64,000 nucleotides of DNA, taken from IMG/VR virus record IMGVR_UViG_3300027754_000069, positions 1 through 64,000 of that record; one strand, given 5' to 3'. The translations under genes were made by a program, and so were the position numbers. Below are positions 36,067-43,742 of the stretch, one piece after another. Numbering within the stretch: position 1 is the stretch's first letter; each line of letters starts with the position of its first letter. Source of the stretch: a virus. The notes beneath the pieces were generated by a model. That model searched no databases and was not told the DNA's origin. It saw nothing but the letters and a program-made list of their open reading frames with translations.

Positions 36067-36542
36067 TACTTAGCCCAGATTGTTTCTGCTTCTACGGCAC
36101 CTGGTGAGAAAGGCTTCGGTCCCTTGGCTGGGTCAAACCAACCAACATAAGCCTTGCCTGCTTTTGATACGCCCTTCTTCTTGGCGTACTTACCGCGTCC
36201 GTCTGGTAGGTCTGGTGCATCTGGATGCCCATATGTCCATTCATTACCGTACCTATCTTTGACAACCTCGATTGATTGTACTGTTGTTCCTGATGTTACT
36301 GGCTGTGGGTTTAGCCCAGCATCCTGCAACATTTGGATTGCTTGTTCAGCATTAGGTGTGTATGCGTTGCCTGTTGGTATAGGCAGTGGTCGACCAAGAC
36401 GTGCTTGGAGTTGTACAGCCTCAGCGATTGCTTCGACTGCTGCTTCTAGGTTAGTTCTAAATTCACTAACGCTATTACCTCGGACGGTAAATAGGTCAGT
36501 TGAATTTAACTTACCTGTATACGAGAACATAGATTCAGTCAT
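36066..36542 (-). CDS. Hypothetical replication-module protein (possible ssDNA-binding)
   Basis: Between exonuclease and helicase; basic/aromatic C-terminus. Confidence 0.5.
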   Translation of the reverse strand: MTESMFSYTGKLNSTDLFTVRGNSVSEFRTNLEAAVEAIAEAVQLQARLGRPLPIPTGNAYTPNAEQAIQMLQDAGLNPQPVTSGTTVQSIEVVKDRYGNEWTYGHPDAPDLPDGRGKYAKKKGVSKAGKAYVGWFDPAKGPKPFSPGAVEAETIWAK

Positions 36543-37211
36543 CTACTTTCTCTCCTTTTCTTTCCCTGTTGTTGGTAGTTGTAGTGGGAAATCTTTTGAG
36601 CCCCATGCGGGGCACTTCGCCATGAACGAACACATCTTACAGTTTTCACCAACGAATGTTGGGAAGTAACCTTGCAATACTGAGTGGTTCATAGATGTAA
36701 ACGCATGTTCATAGTATTCAATACTGAGGTGGGTTAAGTCAATCAATTCATCAAGCTCGCCTTTGCGAGTCATAAAAAATGCGCCCCACTTGGGGCGAAT
36801 ACCAAAAATCTTTTCAACACCACTGGCATACAATCCATTTTGGATTACACCGAACGGTGTCCTGGAACCAGTCTTATAGTCAACGATAACCAAGTCTTCC
36901 CCTACTTGGTATATCGCATCAATAATAAATCGAACAGGTGTACCCCCGAAATGCACATCTGCTGACCATTCGATTCCAGGACGACCATCAGGCATGGTAG
37001 CGATTTGCCAACCAGATTGCAACATCCATTGATGGTATGCCTCAACCTGCTTTAGCCCATCGCTTTGCCAGAAGGAGAGGTCCTCACCGTCAGGACGAGC
37101 AGCGGTCTTACGACCAGCTACCTTCCATTCTGATGGGGGTAACCCCGACTTCTCCTCGACATCTCTTACTTCGGCATTGAATATCTCAAGCCATTTCTCA
37201 GTTAAACTCAT
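36543..37211 (-). CDS. Cas4/RecB-like PD-(D/E)xK exonuclease, C-terminal catalytic part
   Basis: IE...IDAI...IVDYKTG, QxxxY, CxxCxxxxxC. Confidence 0.85.
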   Translation of the reverse strand: MSLTEKWLEIFNAEVRDVEEKSGLPPSEWKVAGRKTAARPDGEDLSFWQSDGLKQVEAYHQWMLQSGWQIATMPDGRPGIEWSADVHFGGTPVRFIIDAIYQVGEDLVIVDYKTGSRTPFGVIQNGLYASGVEKIFGIRPKWGAFFMTRKGELDELIDLTHLSIEYYEHAFTSMNHSVLQGYFPTFVGENCKMCSFMAKCPAWGSKDFPLQLPTTGKEKERK

Positions 37212-37440
37212 CGTACTCTTCCTCTGGTCGGTCAGGTTTCACATAGTCTGGATGGTCAACTGGTGTGGGGGTTGTCATAGGTGAACCGCAATCAGCACAG
37301 AAAGAATCCGTGAACCACATGACCAAGTCGTAGTCTTGGAAGATAGCCCTGATAACCTGAATGTTTGAACCGCAGTTCACACATTCATTACTAGGGATAC
37401 CTCGCTGGTCAATCAAGTTGTTGTTGTTTGTAGAGCTCAT
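37198..37440 (-). CDS. Zinc-ribbon protein inserted between exonuclease halves
   Basis: DQRGIPxxxCxxCGS...CxxCGSxxTxPTP; start may be the TTG near 37416. Confidence 0.7.
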   Translation of the reverse strand: MSSTNNNNLIDQRGIPSNECVNCGSNIQVIRAIFQDYDLVMWFTDSFCADCGSPMTTPTPVDHPDYVKPDRPEEEYDEFN

Positions 37441-37600
37441 GGTTTAACCATTCCAACATAGAGTGGACGGCAGAGCCAGCAGCAAGATACACTGCAGGCT
37501 TCTCTGGGACCATGGCTATCTTGCTCAGATAGTATTTCTGAGGACAGGATTGCCAAGTGGATAACTGACTATACGACCGATGAGGAGGAAGTTGATTCAT
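37409..37600 (-). CDS. Cas4/RecB-like exonuclease, N-terminal part
   Basis: SYSQLSTWQSCPQKYYL...GSAVH motif; probable leaderless start at 37600. Confidence 0.8.
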   Translation of the reverse strand: MNQLPPHRSYSQLSTWQSCPQKYYLSKIAMVPEKPAVYLAAGSAVHSMLEWLNHELYKQQQLD

Positions 37601-37607
37601 ACCGTAA

Positions 37608-37647
37608 ATCATACCAATGAATTACCAATCTGTGTCATAGACACGCC
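37608..37647 (-). promoter_or_regulatory. Replication-operon promoter (leaderless) with inverted GACAC boxes
   Basis: Minus strand GGCGTGTC-TAT-GACAC-N18-TATGAT (TGn extended) -7 nt-ATG. Confidence 0.6.
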
Positions 37648-37672
37648 AAATGTTATTACCAATAATCTGATA

Positions 37673-37694
37673 GGGTTGAGGGGTGGTGGGAGGG
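37673..37694 (+). other. Second G-quadruplex motif
   Basis: GGG-TTGA-GGGG-TGGT-GGG-A-GGG, next to 8-bp hairpin GGCTTGCC/GGCAAGCC (37698..37717). Confidence 0.45.
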
Positions 37695-37737
37695 AAAGGC
37701 TTGCCCGATGGCAAGCCGTGGTAAGAAAAAGAGAAAT

Positions 37738-37768
37738 AAAAAAAGAGGGGGACCATTAAGTCCCCCTC
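37738..37768 (-). terminator. Intrinsic terminator ending the late operon
   Basis: 9-bp stem GAGGGGGAC/GTCCCCCTC followed by U-tract on minus strand. Confidence 0.85.
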
Positions 37769-37780
37769 CTCTTCTATCTC

Positions 37781-37999
37781 CTACCATTCTGGTGGAGCAA
37801 CTGCGAGCGCATCCAGCGTGGCTATATTGATGCACCCGACTGCTGGGATGGAAAGCCGATGCTGCAAACCTCTTAGCAATTCAGCAAGGGGCGCATCTAG
37901 CACATCATCGCCAGCAACATTAAGAGCTAGCCTGACTTGATTGACTAACTCATTTCGTTCGCCTAGTGATACCAGTGGTATTAACTTGTTATCTTCCAC
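37781..37999 (-). CDS. Stand-alone peptidoglycan-binding-domain-like protein
   Basis: Degenerate PG_binding_1 pattern (LG....V..V..AL....D....L..LQ...I...G.I...TL.AL). Confidence 0.45.
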   Translation of the reverse strand: MEDNKLIPLVSLGERNELVNQVRLALNVAGDDVLDAPLAELLRGLQHRLSIPAVGCINIATLDALAVAPPEW

Positions 38000-39912
38000 T
38001 ACTGGATTGCTTGTTCGTAATCGATTGTCTGCAACTGGATGGTGACTATCCCACCAAATCCTTTAGCAAACGTTGGAGGAGATTGTTGTTCGAACTGAAT
38101 AGCTCGGATGACACAGACTCTTTCCTCACCAGAGGAGAAGTCTTGAAACAGTACGGCTCCACCGTTTTGTTCGATACGTTCTAAATATCTAATACGTTCC
38201 CAAGGAGTGCTTACGTTAGTGACGCCGTTAGAGTCACGTTCTTCCTCGTAACACAGCAATGGAATTGTTATTGTTCTTGACCGAAGTGGCGCAGGCAATG
38301 CTCGACATTGCCACTCTTCAATCGTTGGACCAGAGGTTGCACTTGACGTACTACGGTTAAGGGTCAAGGTTATATTGAAATGGTCAGCTGGTTGCAGTCC
38401 AGCTGAAAGTTGAATCTCGCTAGACATATTAACTGCAATGGAGTCAACAGATGTTTCATTACCTTCTTGGTCTTCAACTTTAAATCCAACTGTTCCAGTA
38501 CCAGATGAACGGACAGATAGTGAAACTGGTTGCTTGCGTTCTGCTGTGCCCCAGCGAACCCAACCAGAACTAATTGTTCCGCTTGTTGCAAGCTCGGTTG
38601 CATGTTCAAGATAAATGCCAGCTGTAGTTGTTATGAATTTTCTACTACTAGTTCCAATAAAAGCAACACCAGTTGGCGCAGCTGCGCCAATAACTAAATC
38701 AGAAGCGTAAGCATAACCAACATTAAGGGGTACGCCTAAGTCAATTCGCCATAATCCATAGTTAAGTTCAGAGTTTGTCGAACTTTTGGTTGCATATAAA
38801 TAGTTGCTATCAAAACTTACATCTTTGATTTCATCTTCAATAACCAATGCACCTAAAATAAAGGTCGTTCCATCGGTTGATTGATTGCCAATACGTAGAC
38901 CTCGGTTAGTGCATAGGGCAACATACTCATTGAGATACATTCTCATTTGATTGAGAGTCTCACCACGTGGTAGTTCAGCAATAACATTTGCTTCATTGAT
39001 GGCAGCTAGTGGATTAGCTAGGTCAATTGAAAAAGAAATTACACGTGATATAGCACCCTGTGTGTAACCAGCAACAATTGCACTGTTTAGTTCCGTAATA
39101 GAATTAACTACAGTGGATGTATTGGTAGTTTCCCATCGTTCGTTGGATGCATTAATAGTTGGAGTAGGTGTTGTGTAGGCTCTAGCTACTTCATAGATTC
39201 CAACCTCAACTGTGCCTTCCAAAGCTGCTACAACAATACGTTCTTTGATATAAGCAATTGTTTGTGGGAACCATGCAGCTGCTACATATGTAGGATGGTT
39301 CCATAATTTCCGAACAACACCTGCAGTTGTTACATCATAGATTCCTTCAGTTGCTGCAACAATACAATAGGTTCCATCTGATGTAATGCAATATGGAATA
39401 TTGCCTGCACCAAGGGTTATGGCTGTATGTGTATTAGCTGATTGACTATAAAACTTTAACGTTGAGCCTTCAATATAAAAAGTTCCACCAGATACGGTTA
39501 CTGGATTTATTACAGATGCAGTAGTTGCCTGGGTTGTTTTCTTAAGAAGGGACATATTTCCTAAATCCCAAACATCTACGTTATTAGATTCCCAAAATTT
39601 AAATAAGTCACTTGAGTCTGCATCGTAATACTCTTCTCCAGCACCATGGTGCCATGATGTAGCAGTACGTAACCACCAGTTAGATAAGGAGTTCTCACCA
39701 GCAGATGCACCCTGGTCAATACGTTCCTTCTGGTATGTTGTAGTTACACGAGTGATACGGTTCTGGTCTGTTGCAGCAGATAGCCATGGCGTATTGCCGA
39801 TAGCATAACTTGCAGCAAAGTCTTCACGTTTGTATTTAACTAAGGCAGTCGGAATCGACTGGCTTAATATAATCGGTAGGTCACCAACAAGTTCTTTGTT
39901 ATTTGTTGCCAC
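37999..39912 (-). CDS. Tail nozzle / tail tubular B-like protein
   Basis: 637 aa beta-rich, WHHGAG motif, last large late gene. Confidence 0.55.
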   Translation of the reverse strand: MATNNKELVGDLPIILSQSIPTALVKYKREDFAASYAIGNTPWLSAATDQNRITRVTTTYQKERIDQGASAGENSLSNWWLRTATSWHHGAGEEYYDADSSDLFKFWESNNVDVWDLGNMSLLKKTTQATTASVINPVTVSGGTFYIEGSTLKFYSQSANTHTAITLGAGNIPYCITSDGTYCIVAATEGIYDVTTAGVVRKLWNHPTYVAAAWFPQTIAYIKERIVVAALEGTVEVGIYEVARAYTTPTPTINASNERWETTNTSTVVNSITELNSAIVAGYTQGAISRVISFSIDLANPLAAINEANVIAELPRGETLNQMRMYLNEYVALCTNRGLRIGNQSTDGTTFILGALVIEDEIKDVSFDSNYLYATKSSTNSELNYGLWRIDLGVPLNVGYAYASDLVIGAAAPTGVAFIGTSSRKFITTTAGIYLEHATELATSGTISSGWVRWGTAERKQPVSLSVRSSGTGTVGFKVEDQEGNETSVDSIAVNMSSEIQLSAGLQPADHFNITLTLNRSTSSATSGPTIEEWQCRALPAPLRSRTITIPLLCYEEERDSNGVTNVSTPWERIRYLERIEQNGGAVLFQDFSSGEERVCVIRAIQFEQQSPPTFAKGFGGIVTIQLQTIDYEQAIQ

Positions 39913-39922
39913 GAGTTATCTC

Positions 39923-40429
39923 CTACTTCTTGGATGGACAGTGCTTACAGCAGTTAGATGTATCTTCTGCTGGGTATGCTTTCTTAGTCGGTACAGCAGC
40001 AATTGCTGCTTTAACCTGATTAATTATCTTAGGTTGATTCATCCACCAGAACCACGGAGAAGTATCGGTACCCATAGTGGACTCAATAGAAACATGTAGA
40101 TGCTTATTATGAGGATTACTCCCAGTGTACCGTCTGTTTCCCAGCTTGGATTTTTCTTTAGACCAAATCTTTCCCTGAAAGATAAGGTACTTAACTCTTT
40201 TATCTTCTTTAAGTTTCTCAAATATTTCCTTACAGTCAATACCATTATCTGGGTCATGGGTAAGGTCTGCTGCTAGCCCAGTATTGTGGTCCGAGTTCGG
40301 ACTTTGACTGACATGTGCTGCAGATGGTAGAAGACCATCGCTTGCTTTCTTCCGCTTTGGTTGCAGTGCCGTCGCTTGGCGCAGCACAGCAAGTGCAGCA
40401 GGTGTGGCTTTCTTGACTACAGTTGTCAT
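39923..40429 (-). CDS. Endolysin, M15-like Zn peptidase
   Basis: SDH...AAD...HxxHLHVS LAS-type motif; next to holin. Confidence 0.75.
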   Translation of the reverse strand: MTTVVKKATPAALAVLRQATALQPKRKKASDGLLPSAAHVSQSPNSDHNTGLAADLTHDPDNGIDCKEIFEKLKEDKRVKYLIFQGKIWSKEKSKLGNRRYTGSNPHNKHLHVSIESTMGTDTSPWFWWMNQPKIINQVKAAIAAVPTKKAYPAEDTSNCCKHCPSKK

Positions 40430-40629
40430 TCACGATTCTTTCCAGCTACTAGTTCATACAGGCTGTCAACACGAAGTTCTAATCTATCGAGTGAGTCACG
40501 CATCGAGCTGCCTGAATTTGGTTTCAATTCTGTGAGGTAGTGTTTTACTAACCAACGAACTGAGCCAGCAAAGCTGGCAACTATTGTGGCAGTGGCAACA
40601 GCCAAGCCAGCCCATTCGTTGGTAGACAT
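40426..40629 (-). CDS. Small membrane protein of lysis cassette
   Basis: N-terminal TM helix, ELKPNSGSSMRD, coiled coil. Confidence 0.7.
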   Translation of the reverse strand: MSTNEWAGLAVATATIVASFAGSVRWLVKHYLTELKPNSGSSMRDSLDRLELRVDSLYELVAGKNRE

Positions 40630-40635
40630 TATTCT
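40548..40635 (+). repeat. 88-bp exact direct repeat, copy 2 (junction between units A and B)
   Basis: Identical to 1..88; first GATC of the window follows at 40660. Confidence 0.95.
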
Positions 40636-40817
40636 GCTCCGCGTCCGAAGTCTGTTGAAGATCCGTCAAGCCACTTAAGAACTGGACCAAGGAACCCTGT
40701 TAGAGCTGCTGTTCCCAGAACCTTAAGGTCCGTCTGACCAGCAAGATAAAGTGCGACAGCAGCAGATGCTGCTGCACGGAACCAAGATAATGCTATTGCT
40801 TGAAACTTTGCGTTCAT
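40629..40817 (-). CDS. Putative holin (unit B)
   Basis: Homologue of 82..270. Confidence 0.7.
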   Translation of the reverse strand: MNAKFQAIALSWFRAAASAAVALYLAGQTDLKVLGTAALTGFLGPVLKWLDGSSTDFGRGAE

Positions 40818-40833
40818 TGTTTTCTCCTTAAAT

Positions 40834-40860
40834 AAAAAACCCCGCCGAAGCGGGGTTTTT
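40834..40860. terminator. Bidirectional intrinsic terminator between tail and lysis genes
   Basis: AAAAACCCCGC-CGAA-GCGGGGTTTTT; cUUCGg loop on minus strand. Confidence 0.88.
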
Positions 40861-40871
40861 AATAGTTGTTA

Positions 40872-41219
40872 TTATTCGGTTGGTAATTCAATCCAAGAGG
40901 TTGTGTCTTCATCCCATGAATAAAACTTGCCGTCAGTAGGCATTGGGGTTGGTGCTTCCCATAGGTAAGATTCTGTATTAAGAGTCCATGATTGGTATGG
41001 TTGTGGGGCTGCAAAGCCTATGCCATCCCATGTATATCCAATACCTGCATAGTTCTTATTTAACGGTGTTCCACCTAGAGAGTGAACTCCACCATATGTA
41101 TTGTATGAGGTCTTAATCCAAGTGCCTGTGTATCGATCAGGGTTTGCTTGTAGGAAATTATCTTCAACTACATTAACTTGAGTGACTACGCCATCTTCTA
41201 CTTTAGCCCAATGTGCCAT
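40872..41219 (-). CDS. Tail-fibre-associated protein
   Basis: MAHWAKV...WIKTSYN...NYAGIGYTWD...WEAPxPMP. Confidence 0.65.
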   Translation of the reverse strand: MAHWAKVEDGVVTQVNVVEDNFLQANPDRYTGTWIKTSYNTYGGVHSLGGTPLNKNYAGIGYTWDGIGFAAPQPYQSWTLNTESYLWEAPTPMPTDGKFYSWDEDTTSWIELPTE

Positions 41220-41425
41220 TATTTATTATCCTTATCTTCTCCGTAAATAGCTACTGTATTTAGCAACTTAACATCACGCTTGGTGACAATGCCACCCTTT
41301 TCATCTAATTGAGCCTTTGCTGTAGCTTCATCATCTGCGATGATGTGTACCAACATGGTGACTTCGTATGAAAAACATTGTGTTGGTTTTGTTTCTTTAA
41401 TCTTAGTTACATTATCTTTAGTCAT
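41219..41425 (-). CDS. Hypothetical protein
   Basis: AAGGA RBS, coupled to next gene. Confidence 0.6.
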   Translation of the reverse strand: MTKDNVTKIKETKPTQCFSYEVTMLVHIIADDEATAKAQLDEKGGIVTKRDVKLLNTVAIYGEDKDNK

Positions 41426-41438
41426 TTAGTATCCTTTG

Positions 41439-43166
41439 TTAGACTGCATAACGAACTATAACAATACCAGAACCACCAGCACCAGAAGGGAGAGATGAAT
41501 TATTAGATGCTTGTCCACCACCGCCGCCACCTGTGTTTGCAGTTCCGCTAAGAGGCTGCAAGACATCTTGGAAACATCCACCACGACCACCGCCACCTGA
41601 ACCACCTGAACCATTACCAGATGCCTGAAGAATAGAACCTCCACCGCCACCTGCGTAATAACCACTTACACCAGTTCCTGTTGCACTTGCTATAGCAGAA
41701 TAAGTATTTACACCAACTCCACCGTTGCCACCAACACTTGTTGTTCCTGTTGCACCTACTGCACCAGCACCACCACCACCACCAGAGCCGTAGTTTGCAT
41801 TGTTGTTTGCTCCACCACCAGCGTAACCTTCTACTGGAGAATATGAGCCAGCGTTACCTGCTGAGCCTGTTCCATCTTCACCAGCACCTCCGCCTGAACC
41901 ACCAGTTTTACCAGCCTTCCAAGTTCCACCATTACCACCACCACCACCTCCGCCTGTTGCACTATTACCTGCAAAAGATGAGTTAGTGCCGTTAGGGGCT
42001 TCTGTTGATGTTCCATTAATGCCAGCACCGCCACCGCCAACTACTGCATTGTATGTAGTTCCAGAAGCAAAAGATTGTGAAGAGAAATATCGTAGACCGC
42101 CCGCTCCACCGCCTCCGCCAATTTGACCACCACCTGCACCACCACCTGCAACTATTAAGTAGTCACAAGTTAATGCAGTTGATGGAACAAATGCTCCGTC
42201 TGATAAAAATGTGTGATAGAAATATCCACCAGAAAATACAATAGTTCCGCCAGTTGCTTTTGCAGTACCTGTATAAAATGTTTCGTCTGATAAGAATGTA
42301 TGGTAGTAATAACCACCAGATGAAACTACAGTTCCACCGTATGCTTTTTGTGTAGCAGATTGATATCGGGCAATAACAATCCCAGAACCACCGCCACCAC
42401 CAATGCCACTTGCATTATTACCTGCACCGCCACCGCCACCGCCTCCTGTGTTTACGGTTCCGTTTGTTCCATTACCCCCTGCAACACCTGCACCACCGCC
42501 ACCAGATCCACCAGCACCAACATTTGCAACATACGCAAATACACCGCCACCGCCACCAGCATAATAACCGCTGTTAGCACCAGTTGATGTAGCACTAGCA
42601 AAAGTTGAATATTGTTTTCCTATGCCACCAATTCCAGCAGTAGTAGCACCACTTGCGTTAGTACCAGCACCACCAGCACCACCACCACCGCCACCGCCAT
42701 AACTAGGTGCAGTAACCATATTTCCGCCAATGTTACCAAAACCTTTTCCGCCGTAAGATGTTTGTGTTGATGTTCCAGCAGAAAGTGACGAACCCTCTGC
42801 TTGACCACCACCTGAACCACCATTAAGAGTTCCCGAGTTAAATCCTTGTGATCCACCTCTACCACCACCATTAGCAGTATACAAAGAACCAAATACTGAA
42901 TTTCCACCAAGACCACCACCAACACCATAAGTACCAGTAGCAGCACCGCCTGCACCAACTGTTACGGCATATGAAGTAGATAGATTGAGAGTATCGTTTT
43001 CTGAATAAACAAGACCTCCACCACCACCACCACCAGCAGTATAATAACCACCTCCGCCACCACCAGCAACAACTAACATATCAACAGTCAAAGTTGAGGG
43101 TGCAAAAGTTCTCATACCGCCCAAGCCTCTGGCTGAGCCTCCTGCTAATGTACCGATAACTGGCAT
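41439..43166 (-). CDS. Glycine-rich tail/receptor-binding protein with two tandem Gly-rich domains
   Basis: Two LVVAGGGG...GGSGIVIxRY units joined by duplicated GGTxVxSGGYxYHTFLSD. Confidence 0.75.
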   Translation of the reverse strand: MPVIGTLAGGSARGLGGMRTFAPSTLTVDMLVVAGGGGGGYYTAGGGGGGGLVYSENDTLNLSTSYAVTVGAGGAATGTYGVGGGLGGNSVFGSLYTANGGGRGGSQGFNSGTLNGGSGGGQAEGSSLSAGTSTQTSYGGKGFGNIGGNMVTAPSYGGGGGGGAGGAGTNASGATTAGIGGIGKQYSTFASATSTGANSGYYAGGGGGVFAYVANVGAGGSGGGGAGVAGGNGTNGTVNTGGGGGGGAGNNASGIGGGGGSGIVIARYQSATQKAYGGTVVSSGGYYYHTFLSDETFYTGTAKATGGTIVFSGGYFYHTFLSDGAFVPSTALTCDYLIVAGGGAGGGQIGGGGGAGGLRYFSSQSFASGTTYNAVVGGGGAGINGTSTEAPNGTNSSFAGNSATGGGGGGGNGGTWKAGKTGGSGGGAGEDGTGSAGNAGSYSPVEGYAGGGANNNANYGSGGGGGAGAVGATGTTSVGGNGGVGVNTYSAIASATGTGVSGYYAGGGGGSILQASGNGSGGSGGGGRGGCFQDVLQPLSGTANTGGGGGGQASNNSSLPSGAGGSGIVIVRYAV

Positions 43167-43181
43167 TTTTAGATCTCCTTA

Positions 43182-43742
43182 TTAGGCAAACTTGGTTTGT
43201 GTCTCAAGAACTGTAAATGTTGCTGATGCTGTCTTAATAATTGTAAATGAATATGCATCGATAGACGATGCGTTGCCAGCCGAAATTGTTGCTGGAACCT
43301 TTGGGGTTACAGTAGTTCCATCGATCTGGATTGTGTTTGGATAATAAGCACTAGCACCGTTAGTGTTAAGCCATACTACAGTTATTGCATCACCAACCGC
43401 TAGTGCAGTATTAAGGGATACGCTAGAACTGTATCGAATGTTAAGAGTATGGTTTGCTGTTGCGTTAGATGTGTAATACCAGATAGAAGCAGTCTCAACA
43501 TTTAAGTTGATTGTGCCAGTTGCAGCAGAAGCTACAACATTGACATCTTCTTCTAACCCTCGAACTACTGTGTCTTCAAGGGTTCCACCCTTTGCACGAG
43601 CTAGAGGGAATCCACCTGCTGTGGATCCATCATGTACTACTACAACATCCTTATCAGTATCTACTGTCAATTCGCCCAGTAGTCCTGTAAAGGATGCGTG
43701 TTGTGCCGTAGTTCCTCTACGGCGTTGGAATGCGAATGGCAT
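43182..43742 (-). CDS. Tail protein with Mtd N-terminal-like domain
   Basis: QRRRGTTAQHxxFTGxxGELTVDTDK..VVHDG; C-terminal IDAYSFTIIKTA. Confidence 0.7.
   Translation of the reverse strand: MPFAFQRRRGTTAQHASFTGLLGELTVDTDKDVVVVHDGSTAGGFPLARAKGGTLEDTVVRGLEEDVNVVASAATGTINLNVETASIWYYTSNATANHTLNIRYSSSVSLNTALAVGDAITVVWLNTNGASAYYPNTIQIDGTTVTPKVPATISAGNASSIDAYSFTIIKTASATFTVLETQTKFA

Larger units (their letters stand above)
1..40635. mobile_element. Phage unit A: probable complete 40,547-bp circularly permuted actinophage genome
   Basis: Full set of virion, lysis, early and replication genes bounded by an exact 88-bp direct repeat (1..88 = 40548..40635); WhiB gene; no GATC found in the interval. Confidence 0.85.

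Noticed and set aside
32787-37440. Self-splicing introns or inteins explaining the split primase and exonuclease
   Set aside because: The inserts are fully occupied by ORFs overlapping the flanking stop and start codons; no room for a ribozyme core and no Cys/Ser...His-Asn intein ends
41439-43742. Diversity-generating retroelement suggested by the Mtd-N-like domain
   Set aside because: No reverse transcriptase and no TR/VR pair with adenine-specific mismatches seen
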